Positions 10,025 to 19,297 of a stretch of 32,000 nucleotides of DNA are shown piece after piece. The stretch's first letter is position 1; the number at the start of each line of letters is the position of its first letter. The position numbers were made by a program, and so were the translations under genes. The DNA lies in assembly GCA_030606485.1 (NCBI GenBank), contig JAUWGH010000001.1, forward strand, positions 690,001 through 722,000. The letters run 5' to 3'. Below the pieces are notes generated by a model. That model worked only from the letters and a program-made list of their open reading frames with translations. It did no database searches and was not told the DNA's origin. The DNA is from Promethearchaeota archaeon. Lineage in GTDB: Archaea > Asgardarchaeota > Lokiarchaeia > Sigyniarchaeales > SOKP01.

Positions 10025-10411
10025 TTGTATAAAATTCCGATAGGTATAATTATCATTAGATGGGATAACGAGATCGGCCCAATTAGCGAGGCTTTTTATC
10101 CAGAGAATCTAAAAATCACAAATAATCTATTAACTCAAGTTTACAGCTCCCACAGATATCAATCATTGAACCCCGGGTTTGCCTCCATTTCACTAAAGAA
10201 CAATAAAGTAGTATCCTTTTTCTCTGGCGTTGGCGATAATTTTGTGGAGATTGAGAATTACGTTGTAGCATTAGTATTACGTAGAGATGAGCAAACCCAT
10301 AAGTATAGAGAAATTCTTAAAAAAATTGCTGCTGAAATTTTAGGAAAAGTAAGGGAGGGGGATTACAAAAAAGCACTCCCATCGTTATATAAAGAACTTG
10401 CTAAAATTTGA
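10025..10411 (+). CDS. Stand-alone uDENN/longin-like domain protein (candidate eukaryotic signature protein)
   Basis: IIIIRWDNEIGPISEAFYP resembles the uDENN/longin N-terminal FD-x3-GP...P motif; 128 aa alpha/beta pattern; TTG start preceded by GAGG. Confidence 0.6.
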   Translation: MYKIPIGIIIIRWDNEIGPISEAFYPENLKITNNLLTQVYSSHRYQSLNPGFASISLKNNKVVSFFSGVGDNFVEIENYVVALVLRRDEQTHKYREILKKIAAEILGKVREGDYKKALPSLYKELAKI

Positions 10412-10427
10412 GATAGGAGGAAAAAAC

Positions 10428-11435
10428 CTATTCCTCCAAAAAATCCATTTTTAATACTACTTCTCCAAGATCGTTATATTCAAAAATATTTGCGGCAATT
10501 AATTTTTCTACGTATTTTTGAATAGTTACAGTAGGTATCCCCAATGCATTCTTCAAATCTGATAAAGATATGTGTTTTATTTGTCTGACAATTACAAATG
10601 CCTTGAATAGCGGTTCTTCTTCAAAAAGAGGTTGTAGTCGATTAAAAAATTCAATAACTTCAATATTCTTATTTTTAAAATCAGTTAGTTCTGTTATTTG
10701 GTTGGTCCGGCGTTTTACTTCTTCCTGCATCTCTTTATTTTCTTGATCTCGTTTATCATATTTAGTGATCAAATCATCATATTTCTTAACCATATCCTCG
10801 TGTAATTTTTGAGCAGTTTCTTTTGCTGATATAGACTCTTTTGTGGTAAGTTTATCTTCTAAAATCTTCGACTCTAACGATTTAACCTTATCTTTCAACT
10901 CCATCTTCTCTGTTGAAGCCTTTTCCCGTATAGTTTTAATCTGCTCTTCATATCCTTCTCTAATATTTTTCTCTACAGTTTCTAATTCCTGGATTCGAAT
11001 TTTTAAATTATTTATTTCTTCGGTTTTAAATCTAAATTTCGTGTCGATCTCTGCAATTGTAGTTTTTAGATCTCCAACAGTTTCAGATTTAACTTCCATC
11101 ATCTCTTGTAAAGGTTTGAATTGTTCTTTAAGTAATTCCATTTCTTTTTGCACTTCTGCAACCGTTGCGTTAGCAAGTTCAAGTTGAATAGACTTCTCAG
11201 AGATTTCTGCTCTTTGTTCACCAATCAATGTTTTCAGCTCAATTACATCTTCTGGGACATCATACATTGAATCAATTTTCTGTTTTTGCTGATCAATAAC
11301 TGCACTCTGATCTGCAATTACATTTTTTTGTTTTTCAACTATTTCAGTAAGCCGGTCAATTTTTGCTTGAGCACGTGCGCTTTCTTTTTCTTGACCTTCT
11401 ATTGAGTCAATTAAATTTTTAATATCTTTAGACAT
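10428..11435 (-). CDS. Long coiled-coil protein with C-terminal winged-helix-like domain
   Basis: About 270 aa of E/K/Q-rich heptads, then LFKAFVIVRQIKHISLSDLKNALGIPTVTIQKYVEKLIAANIFEY. Confidence 0.75.
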   Translation of the reverse strand: MSKDIKNLIDSIEGQEKESARAQAKIDRLTEIVEKQKNVIADQSAVIDQQKQKIDSMYDVPEDVIELKTLIGEQRAEISEKSIQLELANATVAEVQKEMELLKEQFKPLQEMMEVKSETVGDLKTTIAEIDTKFRFKTEEINNLKIRIQELETVEKNIREGYEEQIKTIREKASTEKMELKDKVKSLESKILEDKLTTKESISAKETAQKLHEDMVKKYDDLITKYDKRDQENKEMQEEVKRRTNQITELTDFKNKNIEVIEFFNRLQPLFEEEPLFKAFVIVRQIKHISLSDLKNALGIPTVTIQKYVEKLIAANIFEYNDLGEVVLKMDFLEE

Positions 11436-11547
11436 TTTTAAAATTCATTCCGACTTGAGTTATTAATTATTAAAGCTAGTGAGAATTAAATCTTATATTT
11501 CTTTTTGATTATTTAAAAATTAAATAATTTTTATTACTTTTAATAAT

Positions 11548-12117
11548 ATGCTGACTAAAGGTTTTTACTTTTATTCTTCTGAGTTAGAAAAAAACATTAT
11601 TATTTTATATCGTTTAAAAAGTTCTAAAGTTTTTCTTGAAAGTTTGAATTTGATAGAAAGTAAAAATCTCTCGAATTTCATTTCAGAGAATAATTTAATT
11701 GTTGAAAAATTTCAAAGTATTAATAATACCTCGTTAATAAAGTTGGTTAAAATTATTAATTCATATCTTAAAGGGCAAAGAGTTAATCTATATGATAGTA
11801 TTCGTAAATTAGGAATAATTATTGATTATAAAAAAACTTTTAAAACAGATTTTGCTTCGAGTGTAATAAGAGAATTATTAAAAGTGAAATATGGTGAAAC
11901 CATTTCCTATTCAGAATTGGCTTCTAAATTAAACTCAAAGGCATACAGAGCTGTCGGAAATATAATGCATAAAAATCCGTACCCAATAATAATTCCTTGC
12001 CACCGAGTGATTAACAAAAATGGGAAGATTGGAGGATTTATGGGATCAAATAATGATGAATCAACAATAAACCTTAAAAGAAAATTAATTAAACTAGAAA
12101 AAAATAGTAGAATGTGA
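11548..12117 (+). CDS. ogt: Methylated-DNA--protein-cysteine methyltransferase
   Basis: GETISYSELA...AYRAVG...NPYPIIIPCHRVI with active-site PCHR. Confidence 0.92.
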   Translation: MLTKGFYFYSSELEKNIIILYRLKSSKVFLESLNLIESKNLSNFISENNLIVEKFQSINNTSLIKLVKIINSYLKGQRVNLYDSIRKLGIIIDYKKTFKTDFASSVIRELLKVKYGETISYSELASKLNSKAYRAVGNIMHKNPYPIIIPCHRVINKNGKIGGFMGSNNDESTINLKRKLIKLEKNSRM

Positions 12118-12133
12118 AAAAATAATCATAAAT

Positions 12134-12466
12134 TTATTTAGTATTTTTTAAATCGGGAAATCTCTCAAAAACTAAATCTAAACCTTTTTTACATAAAGCA
12201 ACAATGCCTTTATTTTCATTTTTTACATGCTTCTGGAAAAAAGGTATCAAAGGTTTAGCAAAATTCCTATAATTAGTTATGTTATCTCTTTTTATATGCT
12301 TTGCCATATTATTAAATTGAATATCCAACTCCTTCAAAAGCCATAAAAGAGATTCATTTTGAGATCTTCTTAGTTCCAATGTCAATTTATCTGGATCTGC
12401 AACTTTTTGTAAATCAATATATTCAAACGTGTATTTACCTTTTTTATTATTTTCCCAAGCACTCAT
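12134..12466 (-). CDS. Hypothetical 110-aa helical protein
   Basis: ATG-started ORF with genome-typical composition; no recognised motif. Confidence 0.6.
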   Translation of the reverse strand: MSAWENNKKGKYTFEYIDLQKVADPDKLTLELRRSQNESLLWLLKELDIQFNNMAKHIKRDNITNYRNFAKPLIPFFQKHVKNENKGIVALCKKGLDLVFERFPDLKNTK

Positions 12467-12742
12467 TCTTTTATACCAGATTTTAAGTAATTTTAAGTCG
12501 TTGTTTATTATCTGAACTTACTAACAAACTTCAATTAATGTAAAGTAAAATGACTATTAAAAGTTTATAAATTTTAAGTAAGCACGTGCTAAACGTTAAA
12601 ATTATAAAGATTCATGAGATATTTAAAAATAAATATTACCGTAATATGATAAAAAATAGTTTCTTAATAATTAGAAAAAAAAGAAAATGTTAAAAAAAAA
12701 CATTCAATTTAAATTTTGAAATAAAATTATAAAGGAAGATCT

Positions 12743-12976
12743 TTACGTCAATTGTTTCATATCATCTTTCATAATTGTCTTTCTTTTTAATTCTCCCTTT
12801 GACTTCCCTTTCGATTTCTTTGGTAGTATATCAATAATTTGTTGAATATTGGCTTCGACTTGTTTATCAAGCCATTTAATAACATCATCTTTGACGTCTC
12901 CAGCCCTTCTTATCCCTAATTTACTAAAATACTCATCTACACGGCTTTTCATTAAAAATTTACTTTTATATGCCAT
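12743..12976 (-). CDS. Histone-fold protein with an extended basic L2 loop
   Basis: Helix1 LMKSRVDEYFSKLG, loop IRRAG, long helix2, then RKTIMKDD with R65-D72 spacing matching the histone R-D clamp (RKTIxxED). Confidence 0.75.
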   Translation of the reverse strand: MAYKSKFLMKSRVDEYFSKLGIRRAGDVKDDVIKWLDKQVEANIQQIIDILPKKSKGKSKGELKRKTIMKDDMKQLT

Positions 12977-13376
12977 TTTTTTTCCCTCTTTTTTTCTAGG
13001 TTAAAATTAATAAAATGAAGAAAATCATTTTTCTATTGATATAATTATTTTCTTTCTTAGTTTTTAAATGTTTTATTTTTACCTTATCTAGATATTGATA
13101 TTTTTGATTTTTTTGAATAATAATTTAAATGTTTTTAATAGGACTATAGAAAAATTTAGAAGAATTTTGTTCTTGTAATTGGCAATATTTTTATCTAATC
13201 AGTTTTTCAAGGGATTTGTAGAGAATCTGGCATTTTTAAACACCTATTGAGAGATTTATTTAAATTATGACTATTAGTTCATTATATTTGAAGAAATTAA
13301 CTATTTCAGAAATAATATTTAAATTAAAATTGTTATACATTATTTATCAATTAGAATAAAAAATGGTTATGAGTAA

Positions 13377-15089
13377 ATGTCTTTAAAGGAGATTAAACCA
13401 AAAACTTCTGTTGCGTATTTCAGTATGGAAATTGCACTTGACTCAAATATTCCTACATATAGCGGTGGTCTTGGGGTTCTATCAGGAGATACTCTTCGGT
13501 CTGCTGCAGATTTAGAAATCCCAATGGTTGCTATGTGTTTATGCTACTCATCTGGTTATTTTTATCAGATGTTCGATAAAGAGGGTAATCAAGAGGAGAA
13601 GGATATAAAGTGGAATTTCTATTATGAATTCGAAAAAATTCTTAATCCTATTAAGATACGGATTCAAGGAAAGGAGATCGCAATTTCCGCTTGGAAATAT
13701 AATGTTGTAGGACAGAGTGGTCACATAATTCCGGTTTATTTACTGGAAACAGATGTAAAAGAGAATGAACCTTGGCAGAGAGATCTTACACATGTTTTAT
13801 ATGATTCGACCAGTAGATTTCATAGAATTGTTCAAGAGATGATTTTAGGGATTGGAGGTATTAGATTACTTAAGTCGCTTAATTATGATAACCTTCAAGT
13901 ATATCATATGAATGAGGGTCATGCGGCTTTCATCACTTTAGAATTATTGAAAGAATTTAATGGCAATTTAGATAAAGTGAAAGAAAAATGCGTTTTTACA
14001 ACTCATACACCTGTTCCTGCAGGACATGATAAATTTGACTATAATTTAGTAAATGATGTATTTAGGGATAATTTACCAGCTAATATCAAGAAGTTGGGAG
14101 GAAAAAGTGAACTAAATATGACCATTCTTGCAGCAAATTGTTCGAGATACATTAATGGAGTTTCTAAAAAGCACGGTCAAATAGCACAAAAGATGATGCC
14201 ACAATATAAAATTGATTATATTACAAATGGCATTCATTTGCCTTATTGGGTTTCAGCACCATTTGACGAGATTTTCACAGAAAAGTGGCCTAGATGGAAG
14301 ATGAGGCCAGATTTTCTACAGAATGCAATAGAACTTGAAGATTTAGACTTATTTGATGCGCATAATGAAAACAAGTTTAAATTGATATCTTATCAAAAAG
14401 CCCATTCTTGGAATTTATTGGATGAAGAATTAATAACAATTGGATTTGCTCGTCGTTTTGCAACTTACAAGAGAGCCACTTTACCATTTCATGATATCGA
14501 TCGATTAGGAAAAATCTGTAGAGATAGAGTTCAATTTATTTTTGCTGGGAAAGCTCATCCGAAGGATCAAATGGGTAAGGATTATATTAAAAAGATATAT
14601 GATAACAGTATTTATTTATTTGATAATTATGGAGTAAAAGTTGTCTTAATGGAAAACTATAACATGGATTTAGCCCATTTAATAACGGCAGGAGTTGATG
14701 TTTGGCTAAATTGTCCTGATAGATATAGAGAGGCTTCAGGGACTAGTGGAATGAAAGCAGCCTTAAATGGTGCGTTGAACTTTAGTGTTTTAGATGGGTG
14801 GTGGCTTGAAGGATATAAAAAGAATCGGTTGGCTGGATGGGCAATCGGTCCAGATGATTCCGATCCAAAAGCAATAGAAAATAATTGGGATAGAGATGCT
14901 GAATCACTTTACACGGTATTAGAAAATGAGATTATTCCCACTTACATGGACCAGGATGAGTGGCTTTGGCGGATGAAGAACGCCATTGCACTTTCTGCGT
15001 ATTTCAATACTCACAGAATGATCCAGGATTATGCTGAAAAATCTTGGAATTTAATTAAACAAGATCCTTGGAAATTTATCCCAAAATAA
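13377..15089 (+). CDS. glgP: Alpha-glucan (glycogen/maltodextrin) phosphorylase, short type
   Basis: YFSMEI, YSGGLGVLSGD, HMNEGH, FTTHTPVPAGHD, FARRFATYKRA, PLP motif EASGTSGMKAALNG. Confidence 0.93.
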   Translation: MSLKEIKPKTSVAYFSMEIALDSNIPTYSGGLGVLSGDTLRSAADLEIPMVAMCLCYSSGYFYQMFDKEGNQEEKDIKWNFYYEFEKILNPIKIRIQGKEIAISAWKYNVVGQSGHIIPVYLLETDVKENEPWQRDLTHVLYDSTSRFHRIVQEMILGIGGIRLLKSLNYDNLQVYHMNEGHAAFITLELLKEFNGNLDKVKEKCVFTTHTPVPAGHDKFDYNLVNDVFRDNLPANIKKLGGKSELNMTILAANCSRYINGVSKKHGQIAQKMMPQYKIDYITNGIHLPYWVSAPFDEIFTEKWPRWKMRPDFLQNAIELEDLDLFDAHNENKFKLISYQKAHSWNLLDEELITIGFARRFATYKRATLPFHDIDRLGKICRDRVQFIFAGKAHPKDQMGKDYIKKIYDNSIYLFDNYGVKVVLMENYNMDLAHLITAGVDVWLNCPDRYREASGTSGMKAALNGALNFSVLDGWWLEGYKKNRLAGWAIGPDDSDPKAIENNWDRDAESLYTVLENEIIPTYMDQDEWLWRMKNAIALSAYFNTHRMIQDYAEKSWNLIKQDPWKFIPK

Positions 15090-15149
15090 GTGATTTTTTT
15101 CCTATTATATTTTTTAATTATTTTTTTTATGGAAATAATTTAAATCATT

Positions 15150-15632
15150 CTATATCTCATCTAAAATTGATAAAGAAGGAATTTGTATATACTTTTCAAA
15201 TTCATTTTCTTTAAAATAGTTAGAGAAGGTTTGCTCTAAAATGATTTTTAATGTATTAACTCCCTTTTCAAAACCCTTAAAATCAATTGCTTTAAGTAGA
15301 GTGAATTCCTTGGTTACTTCTATTTCGTAGGCTCCACTTTTTAATTGGGTATTTTCATATTTATCAATTATTTTTTCTAATTCCTTTTCTTTTTCTAATT
15401 CGGCACATAGTAAAATTAGATATTTATCAAAATATTTCTTTTTAAGATAACTATCTCTAATAGCAGTAGCGTCTAAAGGTATTCCAACCCTTTCTTTAAA
15501 CAAAATTTGCAAATCCGTTATTAACCTGCGAATTCTCGATTTATTATGTAATAAAATTAGATTTTTATGTAAAGCAAAGGATTGATTTTCATGGTATTTG
15601 AGAGATTTTAGTTTTTTCGGAAACTCATACAT
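15150..15632 (-). CDS. Stand-alone GH20 domain-2 (zincin-like) type protein without a catalytic barrel
   Basis: GAYEIEVT...LKAIDFKGFEKGVNTLKIIL...IPSLSILD matches the EgY.L.v...i.a....G...g..TL.QL...iP...I.D pattern of hexosaminidase N-terminal domains. Confidence 0.6.
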   Translation of the reverse strand: MYEFPKKLKSLKYHENQSFALHKNLILLHNKSRIRRLITDLQILFKERVGIPLDATAIRDSYLKKKYFDKYLILLCAELEKEKELEKIIDKYENTQLKSGAYEIEVTKEFTLLKAIDFKGFEKGVNTLKIILEQTFSNYFKENEFEKYIQIPSLSILDEI

Positions 15633-15708
15633 ATTAATTAATCAAGAAGGAAAACTATTAAATTTTTTTTAATATTAAATGAAATATAATTAAAAACTGT
15701 TAATATTC

Positions 15709-16698
15709 ATGCAAATGCAATTAGGAAAATTAAAACTCGAAAATAATTTAATTTTAGCACCTTTATTAAATATTTCAACAGGGCCTTATAGAAGGTTTTG
15801 CCGCCATTTTGGAGCCATTGGATTGGTTTCAGTGCCCATGTTATATTCAAAAAGATTTGTAGGCAAGCCAGAATCCGTTGAGCATGAACTTTTTAAAATT
15901 GAAAAAGAGAAACCAATTAGTGTCCAATTAATAGGTCCTGATACCGAATCAGTTAAAATGAGTATTGATTTTCTTAATAGTTATGGTTTTAATATTTTGG
16001 ATTTTAATGCAGGGTGCCCTTCCAGGAGAGCTATTAATTCAAAAGAGGGAGGTTATCTATTAAAGGACATTGATTTATTAAAAGTAATCTTGAATACGAT
16101 AATAAAATATTCAAATAAACCAGTTTCACTAAAATTGAGAACGGGATTTTATAAATCTAATGGGTATTTGGAGATAGGGAAGATAGCAGAAGATTTAGGT
16201 CTTGAATTTATTACATTACATGGGAGAACTGTAACAAAGCGATTTCAAAGTACAACTGTAGAATTAGATACAATAAAAAAATTAAAAGAATCGATATCAA
16301 TTCCGGTTGTTGGCAATGGAGATATATTTGATCCGGAGTCTGCCAAAAAAATGTTAGACTATACAGGAGCTGATGCAATAATGATTGGAAGAGGGTCCAT
16401 GGGGAATCCACAAATTTTTTCGGCTATTGAAAAATATTTAAAAACGGGAAAGAAAGAAACTTACAAAGTCCAAAAGGATTCATTGAAAAATATGATAGAA
16501 ATTTATGAAAATTGTATTGATACCTTTCTTTCCGGGATTGATTATCCTCATGATGATTTTAAATTTGTTGAGTTAAAAAGAAATTCTTTATGGTTATCCA
16601 AATTTATGAAAAATGCAACAGTATTTAGAAATAATATTAGTAAAATTAAGACCCTATATGACTTTAAGAGAGAATTAGACAATTTTCTTAGTAATTAG
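15709..16698 (+). CDS. tRNA-dihydrouridine synthase (Dus family)
   Basis: LILAP, DFNAGCP, SLKLRTG, ITLHGRT, VVGNGDI, IMIGRG. Confidence 0.9.
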   Translation: MQMQLGKLKLENNLILAPLLNISTGPYRRFCRHFGAIGLVSVPMLYSKRFVGKPESVEHELFKIEKEKPISVQLIGPDTESVKMSIDFLNSYGFNILDFNAGCPSRRAINSKEGGYLLKDIDLLKVILNTIIKYSNKPVSLKLRTGFYKSNGYLEIGKIAEDLGLEFITLHGRTVTKRFQSTTVELDTIKKLKESISIPVVGNGDIFDPESAKKMLDYTGADAIMIGRGSMGNPQIFSAIEKYLKTGKKETYKVQKDSLKNMIEIYENCIDTFLSGIDYPHDDFKFVELKRNSLWLSKFMKNATVFRNNISKIKTLYDFKRELDNFLSN

Positions 16699-16719
16699 GG
16701 TAAACTCCTTAATAATAAT

Positions 16720-17127
16720 TTAAATTTTCTCACAATCAACATGCTCCAATTCATTATGTTGATATATTCTCTTACCCCCCTGTTTTTTTAAAGCAATGAA
16801 TGAAAAATGGAATACTATTGCGGCACTCAAGAAAATAAGGGGGATAAAAAGATAATAAAGGAAGTTAAATAGAAGACAAATTACAAGCGAAATTATTCCT
16901 ATTAAATAAGTAATTATTACTTCAAATTTATTAGGTCTTTCTGGTTCGTCATCCTGAATTGATTCTAGTATAAACATAAAAATACCAAATAACGCAAGGG
17001 TTCCACATATAATAAAACTATTTGTATCTAAACTAAGAAATAATTCAAAAATACTCCACCAGATTATACTAATGATAAAGGTTATTCCAGATGATATTCG
17101 AACTGCATTTTTATAAGTTAATTCCAT
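16720..17127 (-). CDS. Hypothetical four-TM membrane protein
   Basis: Four hydrophobic stretches; no motif recognised. Confidence 0.65.
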   Translation of the reverse strand: MELTYKNAVRISSGITFIISIIWWSIFELFLSLDTNSFIICGTLALFGIFMFILESIQDDEPERPNKFEVIITYLIGIISLVICLLFNFLYYLFIPLIFLSAAIVFHFSFIALKKQGGKRIYQHNELEHVDCEKI

Positions 17128-17261
17128 TAAATAATTTATTTAATAATAATGTTAAAAAATTTTGGGTTTCTTTGGATGTAGATTAATACTTCGCATTTTG
17201 TTATCGAAATCACTTAGTCATTTCAATGATGATATACTTAAAAGTTTACTTTCATCGCTGT

Positions 17262-18281
17262 TTAGGTATATTTTTCCACCAAATCTTTAGGTGGAAAGAC
17301 ACCATCCTCAGTAATTACTGCCGAGACTAATTCAAATGGTGTAAAATCAAAAGCATAATTAATACAATTAACCCCTTCTGGAACAATTTGAACTTTTCCT
17401 AACACATAACTTACTTCTTTAGAATCTCTTTGTTCAATTTTCACATCTTCAAATGATTCGCTCATTGATAAAGTTGATACGGGAGCTGCTACATAAAATG
17501 GGATTTTATTATCTTGAGCAGCTAAAGCGACCATATATGTCCCAATTTTATTAAAAACACCATCTGATGTAATTCGATCTGCTCCAACTATGACTTTTTG
17601 GATTTTTCCTAATCTCATCATTAAACCTGAGGAACCATCTGAAATGACGCTTACTGGAATCTTATCATATTGCAATTCAAAAGCAGTTAATCGTGCACCT
17701 TGTAATCTTGGTCTGGTTTCGTCAGCAACTACTGAAATTTTTTTACCTTGTTCAATAGCAACTCTTACCGGAGCTAGTGCAGTACCATATTGAACGGTTG
17801 CAAGGGAGCCTGCATTGCAATGTGTTTGGACTGTATCTCCATCATCTAGTAATTCTGCTCCATATTTACCAATACTCTTGTTCGTGTCAATATCTTCCTG
17901 CCACATTTTTTTTGCTTCATCTATTATGATTTCAGAAAGCTCACTAGATTTTTTATCAACTCCCTCAATCTTATTTAAAATCCGATCTACTGCCCAAAAT
18001 AAATTTACAGCCGTAGGTCTTGTCTGTTTTATTAATTCTCCTGCTTCTTTTAATGAGCTCAGAAACTCTTCTTTATTTTTATTTTTAAATTCAATAGAAG
18101 CTAGGGCCATTCCCATCGCAGCTGCAACACCTATAGCAGGAGCACCCCTTATATTCATTATTTTTATAGCATTCGCAACATCTCTGTAATCTTCAAATTC
18201 CAAAAATTCAAGTTTCTGCGGTAGAATTGTTTGGTCGATCATTTTGACTTTATTTTCAATCCATTCAATAGAAGGAATCAT
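17262..18281 (-). CDS. mtnA: S-methyl-5-thioribose-1-phosphate isomerase (eIF-2B alpha/beta/delta family)
   Basis: IDQTILP, IRGAPAIG, RPTAVNLFWA, THCNAGSLAT, DETRPRLQGARLT, NKIGTY, FDFTP. Confidence 0.9.
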   Translation of the reverse strand: MIPSIEWIENKVKMIDQTILPQKLEFLEFEDYRDVANAIKIMNIRGAPAIGVAAAMGMALASIEFKNKNKEEFLSSLKEAGELIKQTRPTAVNLFWAVDRILNKIEGVDKKSSELSEIIIDEAKKMWQEDIDTNKSIGKYGAELLDDGDTVQTHCNAGSLATVQYGTALAPVRVAIEQGKKISVVADETRPRLQGARLTAFELQYDKIPVSVISDGSSGLMMRLGKIQKVIVGADRITSDGVFNKIGTYMVALAAQDNKIPFYVAAPVSTLSMSESFEDVKIEQRDSKEVSYVLGKVQIVPEGVNCINYAFDFTPFELVSAVITEDGVFPPKDLVEKYT

Positions 18282-18361
18282 AATCTTAACTAATATAATG
18301 CTTATTTAAAATTTAATAAAGAATAAGGAATTAAAGATTCAATCATTAATATTGATTTTTA

Positions 18362-18392
18362 ATTAAAGTGTTTTGAATATCTTTTTTTCTAT
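18362..18392. repeat. 31-bp perfect inverted repeat, left copy
   Basis: ATTAAAGTGTTTTGAATATCTTTTTTTCTAT is the exact reverse complement of 19796-19826. Confidence 0.95.
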
Positions 18393-18485
18393 GATATATA
18401 TCTACATATCACTTCCTTTCATAAAAGTTTTTCATTCATTTGATTTCATGATAGCACTCATCCGAGCTTTAAGGCGCAAGAACAA

Positions 18486-18569
18486 CTCCGGGTATATTAG
18501 GTCTTTATTTAACAAAAGAAAATATTTATATGAAGAACTCCTAATGGAGGAATAGAAAAACACTTTAAT
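18486..18569 (+). repeat. Diverged direct repeat of 19730-19826
   Basis: 18486-18559 vs 19730-19803: 59/74 identical without gaps, followed by a shared ACACTTTAAT after a 13-nt indel. Confidence 0.85.
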
Positions 18570-18592
18570 AAGATCGCATCAGACTTTTTATC

Positions 18593-19276
18593 ATGACAGA
18601 TGAAGGGAAAGAAGTATCAAAAGGGAAGTTTATTGGTGTAGTAACCTTTGTAACGTTCTTGCTTGGATTAGGAATGTTCATACCCGCTAATGATTTTCTA
18701 TGGGTTGAGGCTTGGATTGTACTCATTTTATTTTACGTGTTTTTTATAAATAATATCTTATATTTCAGCAAACACGACCCCGATTTAATCCAGAAACGCT
18801 CCAAACCAGAATTTAAAGAAAAATGGGATAAAATCGTGACTTTTTTTACATCCATCGGATTCATTCCGATTTTCTTCGTTCCCGGCTTAGATAGACAATT
18901 TGGATGGTCAAACGTACCCATTATAGTTGAAATAATTGGTTTTATCGCGTTTATTATGGGTGTCATTATTATTTTCTTAACAATGAAGGAGAATTCCTTT
19001 TTATCGAAGGCAGTGGAAATCCAAGAAGGACATACAGTTATTACCACGGGTCCTTATAAAATTGTTCGCCATCCAATGTATCTAGGCCTGATAATTTTTA
19101 TGACGGGGTGGTGCTTAGCCCTCGGATCGCTGTTTTCACTCATATTCGTGGCGTTCATAGTAATAGGTTTAATTATTCGCATTGTATTTGAAGATAAAAT
19201 GCTTCATGAAGAACTTGAAGGGTATAAAGAGTATGTTCAAAAAACTAAGAAGAAGTTAATACCCTTTATATGGTAA
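18593..19276 (+). CDS. Isoprenylcysteine carboxyl methyltransferase (ICMT/PEMT) family membrane protein
   Basis: ENSFLSKAVEIQEGHTVITTGPYKIVRHPMYLG...EDKML..EL.GYKEY. Confidence 0.88.
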   Translation: MTDEGKEVSKGKFIGVVTFVTFLLGLGMFIPANDFLWVEAWIVLILFYVFFINNILYFSKHDPDLIQKRSKPEFKEKWDKIVTFFTSIGFIPIFFVPGLDRQFGWSNVPIIVEIIGFIAFIMGVIIIFLTMKENSFLSKAVEIQEGHTVITTGPYKIVRHPMYLGLIIFMTGWCLALGSLFSLIFVAFIVIGLIIRIVFEDKMLHEELEGYKEYVQKTKKKLIPFIW

Positions 19277-19297
19277 AAAGGGTCTATTTTTATTTTT

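Noticed and set aside
17200-17261. ATGATGA (box C-like) and a GATGA...TCATC hairpin downstream of mtnA as a C/D sRNA or SECIS
   Set aside because: No properly placed CTGA box D, and no selenoprotein candidate nearby
18373-18555. 60-aa ORF as a genuine stand-alone gene
   Set aside because: It starts at a TTG inside the inverted repeat; only its 3' part shows coding-like conservation, so it is treated as a relic
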